Source: a virus (taxonomy: Duplodnaviria > Caudoviricetes). Taken from it: a stretch of DNA of 56,306 bases. Shown here piece after piece: positions 36,404 to 47,209 of this stretch (its first letter is position 1; each line of letters starts with the position of its first letter). Location: positions 1-56,306 of the IMG/VR virus record IMGVR_UViG_3300025888_000014; one strand, given 5' to 3'. Both the position numbers and the translations under genes were made by a program. Below the pieces are notes generated by a model. That model was not told where the DNA came from. It searched no databases and saw only the letters and a program-made list of their open reading frames with translations.

Positions 36404-37366
36404 ATGCTTAAAACATTAGCCGAAGCCAAAGCCAGTCAGATTCTTGATATTGTCGGAGCGTGCAGCAACTCGTCCAAATTCCTGGGCAAGTTGAACGCGG
36501 CCACCGAACGTCTAATGAATCGTGGTGACTTTGCGGGCACGGTGCAACCGATTAACGTTTGCGTGCGCGGCGGGTGGATTGTCTGGCCGCGGTACGTCGG
36601 AAAGATTCGACGGATCAATAATTGCCGCGGGCCGATGCCAGTTCATGCTATGGGTTGGGACTTCCTCGAAAAGCCGACCTACGAAAGTTACCGCGGTCAA
36701 ACGATGTCGCTTACCAACTGGGGGAAGTCACCGATCTACAATGACATTCCTGTGGGCGACCGGCTGATCCGGGTTTACATCGATGCCGCCATTGACGTTG
36801 GCAAGACCATAACCCTTTTCGGGTTGGACAGCGGCGGGCAAGAATTGCGGACCCTGAACATTGACGGCACCTATTCTGACGGTCTGATCATTACTGCGGC
36901 AATGCCCTTCGCTAGCACGTCAATTTACGTTCGCTCAATCTCGCGCGTGATCAAAGAACCCACCCAGGGCAAGATGTGGATGGCCGCGTATAACCCCGTC
37001 AGCAACATTATGTCGGACCTGGCGTTTTATGAACCATCCGAGACGAACCCGGACTACCTTCGGACCTGGCTGGTGGGATGTTGTTCGGCGACTCGGAGCG
37101 TGGTGGCTCTGGTAAAGTTGAAGTTCATCCCGGTGGCCGTAGATACCGATCTGGTCCTGATCCAGAATCTTCACGCGCTTAAATTGATGATCCAGAGCGG
37201 GGATGCCGAAAACGCTCCGGGCGGTCGCGACTTGGCCCGCCAGTACGAGGCTGATGCGATCCGAGAATTGAACTGCGAACTCGAAGATGAAACGCCGGAC
37301 AGTCAAATCCCGGTTGTGATAAACACGTTCGGCGGGACTGACATCGGCAGGCAACACGTTTACTAA
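36404..37366 (+). CDS. Putative head-tail adaptor (tubular A-like)
   Basis: LNAATERL N-terminal helix and helical C-terminus; position. Confidence 0.5.
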   Translation: MLKTLAEAKASQILDIVGACSNSSKFLGKLNAATERLMNRGDFAGTVQPINVCVRGGWIVWPRYVGKIRRINNCRGPMPVHAMGWDFLEKPTYESYRGQTMSLTNWGKSPIYNDIPVGDRLIRVYIDAAIDVGKTITLFGLDSGGQELRTLNIDGTYSDGLIITAAMPFASTSIYVRSISRVIKEPTQGKMWMAAYNPVSNIMSDLAFYEPSETNPDYLRTWLVGCCSATRSVVALVKLKFIPVAVDTDLVLIQNLHALKLMIQSGDAENAPGGRDLARQYEADAIRELNCELEDETPDSQIPVVINTFGGTDIGRQHVY

Positions 37367-37376
37367 AAGGTTAATT

Positions 37377-38468
37377 ATGGCTAAAGCGTTGATCCAAAAA
37401 TATAATCCTCTTGGGGCAAACCCGAACGCGTTGTATAATGCACTTTATGGCACGCTCCCGCTCGGTACGGCAGCGGGTAATGCGCAATATGCGGTGTTTA
37501 ATGGTGGAATGACACCCGCTACCTACAACGTGAACACCACGCCCACGGCAGGCCAGAATAACCCCGCTGGGCTTGTTCCAGGTGCATTGTCTGCGGTGAC
37601 GCCATATCAGGCTGGCGTAACCACCACGCCCCTGCCGGGCGCTCTCACAGCCGCCCAGGTAGGCGCACCGGCCACCGTGGCCATGCCGGACCCCTACGGC
37701 GACCTGTCTAAAATCATTCCCGGATTAGCAGGCATGAACGCCCAAGCTGGCAGCGTGATCAGTAACGACCTATCCGGTCGTATATCGCAGGATGTCCAGC
37801 GGGCTATTCAGACCGGTGCGGCTCAGTTCGGGACGTCGGGAGGGATGCCGGGCAGCGTGGGGCAACCGGGGAGCCTCTACAATTTCAAGGATTTGGCCAC
37901 ACTAGGCACCACGTCGGATGCCAACCAGCAGAGGGGCTTGGCCAGCTACGGCGACTTCCTCAAAACGATCTCGGGTACGCAAACGGTGAGTCCGGGGGTG
38001 CAGGCGGGAGTCAACGAAGCGAACGCCGGGGCGTTGAACCGGGTTGGCGAGTTGAACGCCGCTTCGCTCAACAACTTCGGCCAGTTCAACACGACCATGC
38101 TGGCCGACGCGAACCGTTACAATACCGGGGCGATTAACACGACGGCACTGGCCAACGCGGCGGCCGGGAATGCCACCAATGCGCTGAACGTTGATATTGC
38201 TAACCGAAACTCGATTAATGCGGCGGCACCGGACCCGTGGTTGGCGTTGAATTACAATGCGGACCTTTATGCCCGGAACTCAGCGGCGACCGCGGGCAAA
38301 CCGTACACGTCGATGTTTAATCCGAACACGTCAACAGGTCAATTTGGCGGGTTTGCAAATACGGCGGCTAGCACGGTTGACCCATGGACGGCGTACTTGA
38401 ATAAGATTGCTGGCCAGAGCAATTATGGCAGCACTATGAACTATGGTTATGGCGCTCAGGGATATTAA
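37377..38468 (+). CDS. Putative ejection/pilot protein
   Basis: G/A/N/Q-rich, with six 11-aa Asn repeats. Confidence 0.55.
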   Translation: MAKALIQKYNPLGANPNALYNALYGTLPLGTAAGNAQYAVFNGGMTPATYNVNTTPTAGQNNPAGLVPGALSAVTPYQAGVTTTPLPGALTAAQVGAPATVAMPDPYGDLSKIIPGLAGMNAQAGSVISNDLSGRISQDVQRAIQTGAAQFGTSGGMPGSVGQPGSLYNFKDLATLGTTSDANQQRGLASYGDFLKTISGTQTVSPGVQAGVNEANAGALNRVGELNAASLNNFGQFNTTMLADANRYNTGAINTTALANAAAGNATNALNVDIANRNSINAAAPDPWLALNYNADLYARNSAATAGKPYTSMFNPNTSTGQFGGFANTAASTVDPWTAYLNKIAGQSNYGSTMNYGYGAQGY

Positions 38469-38482
38469 CGAAAGGACACTTT

Positions 38483-39328
38483 ATGGCACTTCAACTTGCA
38501 CCATGGCTACAACCGCCAAACTACCTAGAGTCAATCAATCAGGGCGCCCAGCTTGGCCTTGGCGTGCGGCGTGCGGATCTTGAACAGGCGCAGATGGCAC
38601 AGCGCGCGCGCGAACGGGCGGCACAGTTGCAACAGAACTGGGCGGCGAAGATGATGGAGAATCAGCGCATGACCGAGCAGAACCAGTTGGTTGCGCAAAA
38701 TCGGGCGGATAATCTCAGCCTTGAAGGTCAAAGGAATCTGACTACTGCCTCACACTATCGGGCGTTGGAGAACAGCGCGATGTCTGGGCAGAAACAGGCT
38801 GCGGAACTGGCGGCTGCGACTCAACTTGGTTTGAACACCAGAGCGGCGGCAGTTCAAAAAGGATTGAATGACAGAGCGGGAAATAAGCCAAATCCATTTG
38901 ATCTTTCCCAGTTTGGTTCTGAAAACACGGCATTGCGCCAGAATATGGCCGCGCAAGGGAAACTTGACCTTTCACAGGCAAGTGATCGTGATAAACTGGT
39001 TGAATTACAGGTTCAACAATACGACATTCAAAGTCAGATAGATGGACTAAGGGCCGTAAATCCTGGTAGCAATCTCGGAGGTGTGGGCATGGGTTCACCA
39101 TCCAACATTGCTACAGCGCCGAGTTCAAACGTTCAACGAAACGCATTTTATCCAGATGAAGTTTCACCGACCGGATCGCCTCAACTCGCGCCCCCGTTAC
39201 CGTTAACCAATTCACCGGCTGCGGGGACAGTTGAAAAAATTATCGTAATAAAAGACGGAAAGAAATTCAGACTACCAGCATCCCAACTTGACGAAGCGGT
39301 TAAATCGGGTTATCAACTTTTTCAATAA
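38483..39328 (+). CDS. Putative ejection (internal virion) protein
   Basis: Q/A-rich helical protein. Confidence 0.55.
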   Translation: MALQLAPWLQPPNYLESINQGAQLGLGVRRADLEQAQMAQRARERAAQLQQNWAAKMMENQRMTEQNQLVAQNRADNLSLEGQRNLTTASHYRALENSAMSGQKQAAELAAATQLGLNTRAAAVQKGLNDRAGNKPNPFDLSQFGSENTALRQNMAAQGKLDLSQASDRDKLVELQVQQYDIQSQIDGLRAVNPGSNLGGVGMGSPSNIATAPSSNVQRNAFYPDEVSPTGSPQLAPPLPLTNSPAAGTVEKIIVIKDGKKFRLPASQLDEAVKSGYQLFQ

Positions 39329-42300
39329 TGCCACTCGATCTTGAACCAGTTTTAGACTTGGAACCAATTCAAGATGTTGTAAAACTTGACTTGGAACCGA
39401 TTGCCGATGTCGGACCAAAGCTCCGAAGTGGGGTTCAGTTATCGAATCCATACGGGCCTTCGTGGCAGCCCAACATGGAGTCAATCAAGTCAGGTTTCGT
39501 CAACGCGACTTCGCCTGATGCGCAGACGGTTCAGGATGCTTTGGACGTGTTGAAGAATCCGTTGCCGATTGGACTGCAACCGGGAGTACCAAGCAATCCT
39601 CCCGGTTTAACAGCTCGGATTTTATCTGGTAGTCTTCGGGGTGTAAACGAATCCACCATAGGAACATTAACTGACCCGGTTGCTCTGGCGGCGATGGCTA
39701 CGGGATTGAAACCTGTTCAAGCTGTTTTGGGGCCGGTTGCTCCATTGGTGAATCGAGGTATCACGGCGTACTTCGCTGGCCAGATGGGCAAATCTATTCC
39801 CGAAGCTGGAAAGCAACTTGGGGAAGTCCTTGCCACAGGGACCACGGAAGAAAAAGCGAAGGCGCTTACCGGCGCTGGATTGCTTGCGGGCATGACCGGG
39901 GGTGTTCTGGCGCACGCTGCAAAGCCTGGCCTCGGGCTGGACGTTCGCCAGGCCACCGGAAAATTGACGCCCGCCGAAGTGTACGCCAGAATGACGCCAG
40001 AAGCGCGGGCGGTTGCTGACCAAGCCGCGATCGACGCCTTGAACCCGCGCAACGCGCAACGTGAATCCACGATGCCACCACCCCAAAACGTGTTGATGGG
40101 GGATTTGAACAGGCAACTTGTCCAACGGCCGGGGGCCACGGTGGACGCCATTCAGGGCCAAGTAATGGCTGACGCGGTGCAGAAACAGGCGGCAGAGGCG
40201 ATGATTCAACAGCAAGCGGCGGATCGAATGGCGAAGCAAGCGCCGGTCGTTCCTGCCGTCGAGGCTCCGCCCCTCCCAGCGCCATTGCCGGTGAAACCAG
40301 TCGAGCAACCCGCCCCGGTGGAAGCGAAGCCGGTTGAGCCGTGGTACAAATCTGAAATGCGCCGGATGGGATTGGACCCAAATAGGCCGTTAAATGACAT
40401 TGACCTTGGAAATCCGTCCGTGCGTGAAGCTGTTCTGAATGATCCAACTTTGACCGATGCACAGAAACAGCAGATTCTAAAGACGGGTTCGCCAAAGTCC
40501 GTCGCGCCTCAGCCCGCCGTTGCGCCTGAGCCTCCGGTTGGGTTGAATGTTCCACTTGAACAAGCCAAAGGAAAACTGACATTTTTAACCGATCAGTTCA
40601 ATAACAAGAGAACCACAAAGTCTCAAAAGGTTGAGATTATAAAGGAGGCTGAGGCAACTCGCAGAGAAATATTTAAGGCAGGTGGAACTTCCGAAGATAT
40701 TCAACGCGCAACCTATGGGCAACCAACTGTTGTTTCGCCTGATCCGACGGCAACGAAGTTGATAGCCAAAGAACCTTGGATGATGTCGCCTGCGGAATAC
40801 GTTAAAGTTGCTGGTGATGGGTCAACGAAGATAGGTTCTGAAAGTAAAAACTTCTGGAATGACGTTCAGGCAAGAACTATCGAACTTAGAAAGAAAAATC
40901 CGTCGTTAGATTACGACCAGACACGAAATACAATCGCCCTGGAAAAGGCTGCTGAATCAATCGGATGGTACAAAGAACAACAGAACCTCAAGCCAGTTGG
41001 TGCAGAAAATGCACAGACTGCCATCCCGACCGTTGCCGAGAAACCAATTGAATCGAAACCAAATATTGGCTCAAAGGTTACAATCCAAGTTCACAATCCA
41101 TACGGACTTGCGCCAGAAGGTGAAAAGATTCAAACCGTAACTGGCGTTCATGTTTCAATTCCATCATTTCCAGATGGTGAGTTTGTTGCTTACGGAAAAA
41201 AGGGTGATTGGAGAATAGTTGAAAAAACAACTGGTCTAGGCGCTGGAAAAGGCGAAACCAAAGCCGATGCGATTGCTAATTCAACTAAGAAAGTTGGGGG
41301 GGTAGGCGTTGAGAAAATGCGTTCAATGATCGAACAGGCTGATAAATTGAATCAACCCCCCATCGTCGAGCCTACCGCGAAATCAGTAGTCAAGGAATCC
41401 TTGACCGCTGAACTTCCAGCGAAACCGGCTGCCGCGCAAGAGGCGAGCGCCCCTGAAATCATAGGCATGGGCGGGGCCGTGCCGTCAGAATTCAAACCGT
41501 CCGGCCAGACTCAGACTGGTATCAAGAATGCCGCCATCGACGCCCAGCGCCAGGAACGCGGCGAGTCGCCCATGATTGCGCCCGCCCGCCAATCCAATCA
41601 GTCCGCGTTCGATGAAGCCATGGCGAAGATTGATCGTGATGCGGGTTGGCAAGACCGTTTGATTGAGGAATTAAAACAGAAATCGCGGGCAATTAATCCC
41701 GTCGAGGCCATGGCCATGCTTCAACGCGAAACCGATTTGAGAAACGAGTTTGCCAAGGCCACTCGGGATGGTGCCCAGGCTTATGATGATGGAAGGTTGG
41801 CCGACGTTAAAGACGCCGAACTCCGCACGCAGATTTTCTCTGATAAAATGTCCGAACTCGAAAAGGCCGTTGGCACAGGAGGGGCAGGAACGGAAGCGGG
41901 CCGGGCCTTGCAGATTCGTCGGCGCATGATGAACGATGATTTTACCCTGGCCAACCTTGAATTGCAGAAACGGAAGGACCGTGGATTCGCGCCAATCACG
42001 GCAGATGAACGCATGGCACTCCAAAAGGTTGCTGAAGAACACAAGGCCGTCAGTGAGAAGTTGGAAAAGGAACTGGCCGACAGCCAGGAACAACGGGCCA
42101 TTGCGGAAGCGGAAACGCTGGTGGCCGAGGCCAGACTTGAAGCGGCACGAAAACAGATTCCCAAGGTGCATCCAAAGGTTCTGGAGACGGCTGAAAGGAT
42201 CGTTACTGGATGGGAAGCGGAAGCTAAAAAAGCATCCGTAGAACTTCGTGAAATGCTTTCTAGGATGAGCGCCGGGGTTGACCCGACCATCATTCTGAAA

Positions 42301-44511
42301 GTGGCAACCATCGGCCGGGCGAAGTTTGGGCGGGCCGCGATGGACCTGGCCCAGTGGTCGAAGGCCATGGTGGATGAATTTGGCCCAAAGCTTCAACCCT
42401 TTCTGGCGGAAGCCTACACGGCCAGCAAAAAGATGTTTGAGGATGGTCTTGCCAGGGTGCCAGGGGCCGTATCGGATCACATTAAGCGCGTGGTCAAAAA
42501 GACCGCCGATGTTGCGGAGAAGATTACTGCCGCCACGGAAAACATCGGTGTCAGAATCGAGAAGGGCGAACAGGATCAGATTTTTCATCCGGTTCAAACC
42601 CTAATTCGTGCTTTGGTTGAGAAGAATCCCAAGATCACCCGAGATCAGTTAAACAACGAGGTTCACTCGGTTCTGAAAGGGTTTATCCCTGACATTACGA
42701 TGTTTGATACACTGGAAGCAATTTCCGGTTTAGGCCGTTACACTATACCATCAAAGGCGGCTATTGACATAAAGATTGCGGACTACAAAACTCAAGACCG
42801 ATTTCTTGCCCAACAGATGTTGGTGAAAACCGGGCAGCCAATGCCCCGGACTGGATTTCAACCGCGCCCACTATCCGATGCGGCACGCCAGGAACATCAA
42901 ATATTGAGCGAACTCAAAAAGAAATACGGCGTTGTTGTTACGGATGCGACTACCCAACTTGGATCGAATCTTACAGCCAGGAAAACATGGTTGAACCATC
43001 GCATTGCCGATCTTGAGAAAGAGATTGCCACCAAAGAAAGACTGGCAAAGGCTGCTCCCAGAAAGGAAACCGATGCAGAACTTGAATCTTTGAAGGTGAA
43101 ATACGAACAGGTAAAGTCCGAACACAACGCCATTTTCGCCTACGAGAAAAGCATCGAGACGCGACGGAATTCCATTCAGAAGCGCATTGCCGACCTACAA
43201 GAGAAGATTGCCAAGGGGGACTACAGCAAGAAACCAAAAAAGGAACAGCCGACCAGTCCTGAAATTCTGGACCTGTTAGCCAAGAAACAACAAATCGAGG
43301 AACAGTTCAAACATGGCCGGGAACTTGAACGTCTTGCCAACCGCGGAAAGCTCGAGAAGGCCGTCGATACCGGCAAGGAGGTCGCCAACGCAACGCGCAA
43401 TATTCTTTCGAGTTGGGACGTGTCTGCCGTTATTCGCCAAGGCGGATTCGTTGGAGCCGGACGGCCCAATCTAGCCGCAAAAAGCATCGGACCAATGTTT
43501 AGGGCGTTGGGAAGCGAGAATTACGCCCGCCGCGCAGAACAAGGAATTTTCCAACGCCAGAACTTCAAGAGCGGACTGTATAAACAGGCGGAACTTTACA
43601 TCGCGCCCCACGACAGTATCGCGTTGAGTTTGCAGGAGGAAATGATTCAGAATCACATTGGTAATAAAATACCCGGAGTGAAACAGTCCAACCGGGCATT
43701 CATTACCTACCTGAATCAGTTGCGCGTTGACACCTTCGACGCCATTGCGGCCAATGTCGAAAAGGGCGGATGGCTCACCAAGGGCGGAACATTGACGACA
43801 GCAGAGGCCAAGATCATTGCCAATTATGTCAACGTGGCTACCGGGCGTGGCAACATCGGTAACGCGGCCGGCGCGGCTCAGCAGTTGGCGAACGTGTTTT
43901 TCTCGCCCCGTTTGATGGCCAGCCGGTTTCAATTGATTCTTGGTCAACCGCTATGGCATAAACCGACGCAAGGATCGTTCAGGATCAGAACCGCCATCGG
44001 TAAGGAATATGCACGGTCATTGACCGGACTGGCGGCAGTTATCGCCATTGGTGCCATGGCGGGCGCGACCGTGGAAACCGATTCCAAATCGAGCGACTTC
44101 CTGAAACTGAAATTCGGCAATTCCAGAGTCGATTTGCTTGGTGGGCTAATCCAAAACACCGTGCTTATGTCGCGTCTAATCAGCGGGCAAACCAAGTCCG
44201 CAAAGGGGAAGATCACCGATCTTTATGGGCCAAAGGCCAAGTTTGCGGGCAGAACTGAATCCGATGTAATCATGCAGTTTCTACGTTCCAAACTGGCGCC
44301 TGTTCCCGGTGGTGTTTGGACGGCGTGGACCGGCAAAAATGTGGTGGGTGAGAAAATGACTCCAGGCCAAACGGCTCTGGGGCTTGTTACCCCTCTGAGC
44401 TTTAACGACATTCTCACCGTGATGAAAGAACAGGGAATTCCGACTGGAACTGCCCTTGGAATTCTATCGCTATTCGGTGCAGGATTGCAGTCTTACGAAC
44501 CGAAGAAGTAA
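39328..44511 (+). CDS. Large internal virion/DNA ejection protein
   Basis: 1727 aa, helical, hydrophobic C-terminal segments; last gene of the tail operon. Confidence 0.65.
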   Translation: MPLDLEPVLDLEPIQDVVKLDLEPIADVGPKLRSGVQLSNPYGPSWQPNMESIKSGFVNATSPDAQTVQDALDVLKNPLPIGLQPGVPSNPPGLTARILSGSLRGVNESTIGTLTDPVALAAMATGLKPVQAVLGPVAPLVNRGITAYFAGQMGKSIPEAGKQLGEVLATGTTEEKAKALTGAGLLAGMTGGVLAHAAKPGLGLDVRQATGKLTPAEVYARMTPEARAVADQAAIDALNPRNAQRESTMPPPQNVLMGDLNRQLVQRPGATVDAIQGQVMADAVQKQAAEAMIQQQAADRMAKQAPVVPAVEAPPLPAPLPVKPVEQPAPVEAKPVEPWYKSEMRRMGLDPNRPLNDIDLGNPSVREAVLNDPTLTDAQKQQILKTGSPKSVAPQPAVAPEPPVGLNVPLEQAKGKLTFLTDQFNNKRTTKSQKVEIIKEAEATRREIFKAGGTSEDIQRATYGQPTVVSPDPTATKLIAKEPWMMSPAEYVKVAGDGSTKIGSESKNFWNDVQARTIELRKKNPSLDYDQTRNTIALEKAAESIGWYKEQQNLKPVGAENAQTAIPTVAEKPIESKPNIGSKVTIQVHNPYGLAPEGEKIQTVTGVHVSIPSFPDGEFVAYGKKGDWRIVEKTTGLGAGKGETKADAIANSTKKVGGVGVEKMRSMIEQADKLNQPPIVEPTAKSVVKESLTAELPAKPAAAQEASAPEIIGMGGAVPSEFKPSGQTQTGIKNAAIDAQRQERGESPMIAPARQSNQSAFDEAMAKIDRDAGWQDRLIEELKQKSRAINPVEAMAMLQRETDLRNEFAKATRDGAQAYDDGRLADVKDAELRTQIFSDKMSELEKAVGTGGAGTEAGRALQIRRRMMNDDFTLANLELQKRKDRGFAPITADERMALQKVAEEHKAVSEKLEKELADSQEQRAIAEAETLVAEARLEAARKQIPKVHPKVLETAERIVTGWEAEAKKASVELREMLSRMSAGVDPTIILKVATIGRAKFGRAAMDLAQWSKAMVDEFGPKLQPFLAEAYTASKKMFEDGLARVPGAVSDHIKRVVKKTADVAEKITAATENIGVRIEKGEQDQIFHPVQTLIRALVEKNPKITRDQLNNEVHSVLKGFIPDITMFDTLEAISGLGRYTIPSKAAIDIKIADYKTQDRFLAQQMLVKTGQPMPRTGFQPRPLSDAARQEHQILSELKKKYGVVVTDATTQLGSNLTARKTWLNHRIADLEKEIATKERLAKAAPRKETDAELESLKVKYEQVKSEHNAIFAYEKSIETRRNSIQKRIADLQEKIAKGDYSKKPKKEQPTSPEILDLLAKKQQIEEQFKHGRELERLANRGKLEKAVDTGKEVANATRNILSSWDVSAVIRQGGFVGAGRPNLAAKSIGPMFRALGSENYARRAEQGIFQRQNFKSGLYKQAELYIAPHDSIALSLQEEMIQNHIGNKIPGVKQSNRAFITYLNQLRVDTFDAIAANVEKGGWLTKGGTLTTAEAKIIANYVNVATGRGNIGNAAGAAQQLANVFFSPRLMASRFQLILGQPLWHKPTQGSFRIRTAIGKEYARSLTGLAAVIAIGAMAGATVETDSKSSDFLKLKFGNSRVDLLGGLIQNTVLMSRLISGQTKSAKGKITDLYGPKAKFAGRTESDVIMQFLRSKLAPVPGGVWTAWTGKNVVGEKMTPGQTALGLVTPLSFNDILTVMKEQGIPTGTALGILSLFGAGLQSYEPKK

Positions 44512-44537
44512 ACCCACCTTCCTGATCTGATTTCTTC

Positions 44538-44876
44538 CTAACAGGACACTGGGTTATATTGCCCATTTAATACAGCTAGAGCTTTTAGAATTGGTCGCAA
44601 CCTTGTGGGGTGACGTAACTTTCTTATTGCCTTTGATTCTTTCTGTCTAATAACTTCTCTTGTTACGCCACGAAGTTTCCTTCCTGTTTCTTTTAGAGTT
44701 AATTTGGTGAATGAAAATCTACATCTAATTACAAACTGTTCATCTGGTGTTAACGATGCAAGTTCATCATCTATTGCCCTAATGGTTATCTGATCCAGAT
44801 TTTCTTGATCTCCTGGCGTGTATGAAAGACAATCTGATCCAAGAACAGTGCGTAAAAGTAGAAATCCATTCAGCAT
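44538..44876 (-). CDS. Stand-alone sigma70 region 4 protein
   Basis: LTPDEQFVIRCRF..TLKETG..VTREVIRQKESKAIRKLRHP; start may be 44894. Confidence 0.85.
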   Translation of the reverse strand: MLNGFLLLRTVLGSDCLSYTPGDQENLDQITIRAIDDELASLTPDEQFVIRCRFSFTKLTLKETGRKLRGVTREVIRQKESKAIRKLRHPTRLRPILKALAVLNGQYNPVSC

Positions 44877-44897
44877 ATTAAACGACGGGGTCAACTT

Positions 44898-45698
44898 TTA
44901 TTTCACGCTGATGTTCTTTAGCGCCTGTTCAATGCCTTCAATTCCACGGCAAATCTTCATCCACGTTCTAAACGTAGTGGTCATTTGAAAGGCTTTGATG
45001 CTTGAAAGTCTTTTTAACGCTAGGGTCAACGCCTCATTCGCCTCGTCCAGATGCTTCTTTTGAATGAGGACGTGCTGAACCATAACGCCGTCGATAGGGA
45101 TGAAATAACCGTGCCCTTTCGGAACCTTCTCAAATCCAAGGGCCACCGGAGTTTCTTTCCAATGCCATTCCCCCATACCCCATTTACCGTCACAAACATT
45201 GGCTTTGGGTGGTGGCTGTTGGGTCACAACTTTCAGTCCCGTCTTTTCGGGAGCGGCGTCCACGTAGGCTTTGGCTAATTCGGGATACTTCAAGGCAGCA
45301 GCCGCACCGATCCTTTTGATGGATTCTTGCTCTTGCCGTTGGTATTCCGAGACGAAATATCCTTTTTTGGTTGGTTTCTCTTTCATAGCAATCTGTTTTT
45401 GCCGGTGCGGAGGAACTTGATCAAAGAACTCCTTTATGACTGGTTTCTTTTTCCACAATCGCGCCGCACGCTTATCAAAAATGTGGGTCATCTGGAGCGA
45501 AATTGGTTTCTTATAATGTCGAATCGTTACCGTACCTGGGGACTTGGACCTTTTGGCGTCGGCATAGATTTTCTTCTTCACGATGGCAGCAACCTTCTTC
45601 CGGTCGGGAGAACCTTGCAGCCACCGCCATTTTCCAATTAACGCTTTTTCGTCGATAACATTGCCTTCGGCAGGCGATTTGACAGTTTTCTTTTTCAT
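44898..45698 (-). CDS. Basic hypothetical protein
   Basis: GGAGG RBS, ATGA overlap. Confidence 0.7.
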   Translation of the reverse strand: MKKKTVKSPAEGNVIDEKALIGKWRWLQGSPDRKKVAAIVKKKIYADAKRSKSPGTVTIRHYKKPISLQMTHIFDKRAARLWKKKPVIKEFFDQVPPHRQKQIAMKEKPTKKGYFVSEYQRQEQESIKRIGAAAALKYPELAKAYVDAAPEKTGLKVVTQQPPPKANVCDGKWGMGEWHWKETPVALGFEKVPKGHGYFIPIDGVMVQHVLIQKKHLDEANEALTLALKRLSSIKAFQMTTTFRTWMKICRGIEGIEQALKNISVK

Positions 45699-46876
45699 GC
45701 CACCTCCTTTATTCCTGCCATCAATCCCTTCGACTTCGGTGCTTCCGCGCTGGCGGTAGGTTTTCCGCCCTTGCCCACGGCCAGGCCTTTCATCTTCTCA
45801 ATGACGCCTTCCAACTCGGTGACCTTTGCCGTGGCGCGTTGCAACCTGAGATTGATGCGTGGAAACGCCGCCGCCCGCATTTGTACCGTGGACATCCACT
45901 TGGCATATTCCTGGGGCGTGTTGCCGCGGTTGCCGATCTCCTTGATGGCCTCCTGCAACACGGTGTTGCCCTCGTCATCTTCGCCTGCTGGAGTCATGTT
46001 GTAGGTTTCAGGACTGGCCGCGATGGCCTCCGCGTTGAACTGGGCGAGTGAATCTGAGACGAGTTTTTCTTCCGCCTTTTGGCTAGCTTGGCCCTCCTTG
46101 AACTTTTTCTCGGCGATGTTGGCTGAATTTGCCAGGGCCTCATCGCGTTCGGATGCGATTTGTTTTAGATCGAGAATGTGTTTGATGAAAATAGTGGAGT
46201 TATATCCCCACTTCTTTGCCGCAAACTCCCCGGCTTTTTCTGGACTCATTCCATACAGATCATTGAAATCCTGCCAAGTTGCTACTGGTCCTGTCATTTC
46301 TCCTGTTTCAGGATCAACGGTTCTGAAATATCCAAGTGAAGCAGCCGCCGAAGCTTTCCCTTTTTCAAACGGAACGCTGTATTGCTTCTTGAATTCCTCA
46401 GTGACTGCGGGGTTATACTGGGCCAGTTGCGCCTTGGTGGCGTCCAGTTCCTTCCGCAACGTTTCCCGTTCGGTCTCCAGATTGCCGGTATCCTTGCCCT
46501 TCGACTCATAATCCTTGATCTTGGCCTCCAGGGTGGCCTTTTCGGCGCGCGCGGCCTTCAGATCGTTGGTCAAAACCTCGAATTGCTCATGAGCGATGGA
46601 ACCCTTGCCCTTGGGTGCCTGTTTGGCCGTGGCGGCGTCGGGGGCAGCGGCGGGTGTCTTGACGGCTTCCGGTGTTTCCGACTCGTCCTGGGACATTTCC
46701 TTGGCTTTCTCAGCGGGTTTGAACTCTGGGATTTTGCCCAGAGCATCCGCAAAGCTCGATTTTGAGGGAGTAGCCTTCGATGGAGTCGGGGTTGACGCTG
46801 GGGCGGCGGCGGGTGTGGACGTTACGGGAGTGGCGCCGGAATCTACCGGCAGTGTGGGGGTGTTCATGTCTGGCAT
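45695..46876 (-). CDS. Putative capsid scaffolding protein
   Basis: Disordered P/A/T N-terminus plus long coiled coil; ATG 46876 follows an A/C-rich leader. Confidence 0.55.
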   Translation of the reverse strand: MPDMNTPTLPVDSGATPVTSTPAAAPASTPTPSKATPSKSSFADALGKIPEFKPAEKAKEMSQDESETPEAVKTPAAAPDAATAKQAPKGKGSIAHEQFEVLTNDLKAARAEKATLEAKIKDYESKGKDTGNLETERETLRKELDATKAQLAQYNPAVTEEFKKQYSVPFEKGKASAAASLGYFRTVDPETGEMTGPVATWQDFNDLYGMSPEKAGEFAAKKWGYNSTIFIKHILDLKQIASERDEALANSANIAEKKFKEGQASQKAEEKLVSDSLAQFNAEAIAASPETYNMTPAGEDDEGNTVLQEAIKEIGNRGNTPQEYAKWMSTVQMRAAAFPRINLRLQRATAKVTELEGVIEKMKGLAVGKGGKPTASAEAPKSKGLMAGIKEVA

Positions 46877-46919
46877 AATTGGGTTTGGGTTCTTGTTTGT
46901 TTCAATCCGCGCCCCGTAC

Positions 46920-47207
46920 TTACGTTTGGGGCGATTGTTGTTTAGCGGTGACGGAATTGGGGAAACTTGGGTCAACCAGGCCGGGTTGCGGCTGGCTTTC
47001 CGTTTCCGGTTCTTCCGCATTGGCCAGGGTTAAAAGCGTCTGCTTGTAAAATCGAGCGCCCGCTATGAATTCTGGACCGGTAGAGTGTTGAAACACTTCC
47101 GAGTCAACCGGGACCAGGGCCAGTTGGAACCAAGTGTTTTGCGTCAACGCCTTAAGAGCAGTGGCAAGTTCGGGTTGCTTTTCAATAAAAAGTTCTTTAG
47201 TAGTCAT
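46920..47207 (-). CDS. Hypothetical protein (head module)
   Basis: Small helical ORF before the scaffold gene. Confidence 0.65.
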   Translation of the reverse strand: MTTKELFIEKQPELATALKALTQNTWFQLALVPVDSEVFQHSTGPEFIAGARFYKQTLLTLANAEEPETESQPQPGLVDPSFPNSVTAKQQSPQT

Positions 47208-47209
47208 AA

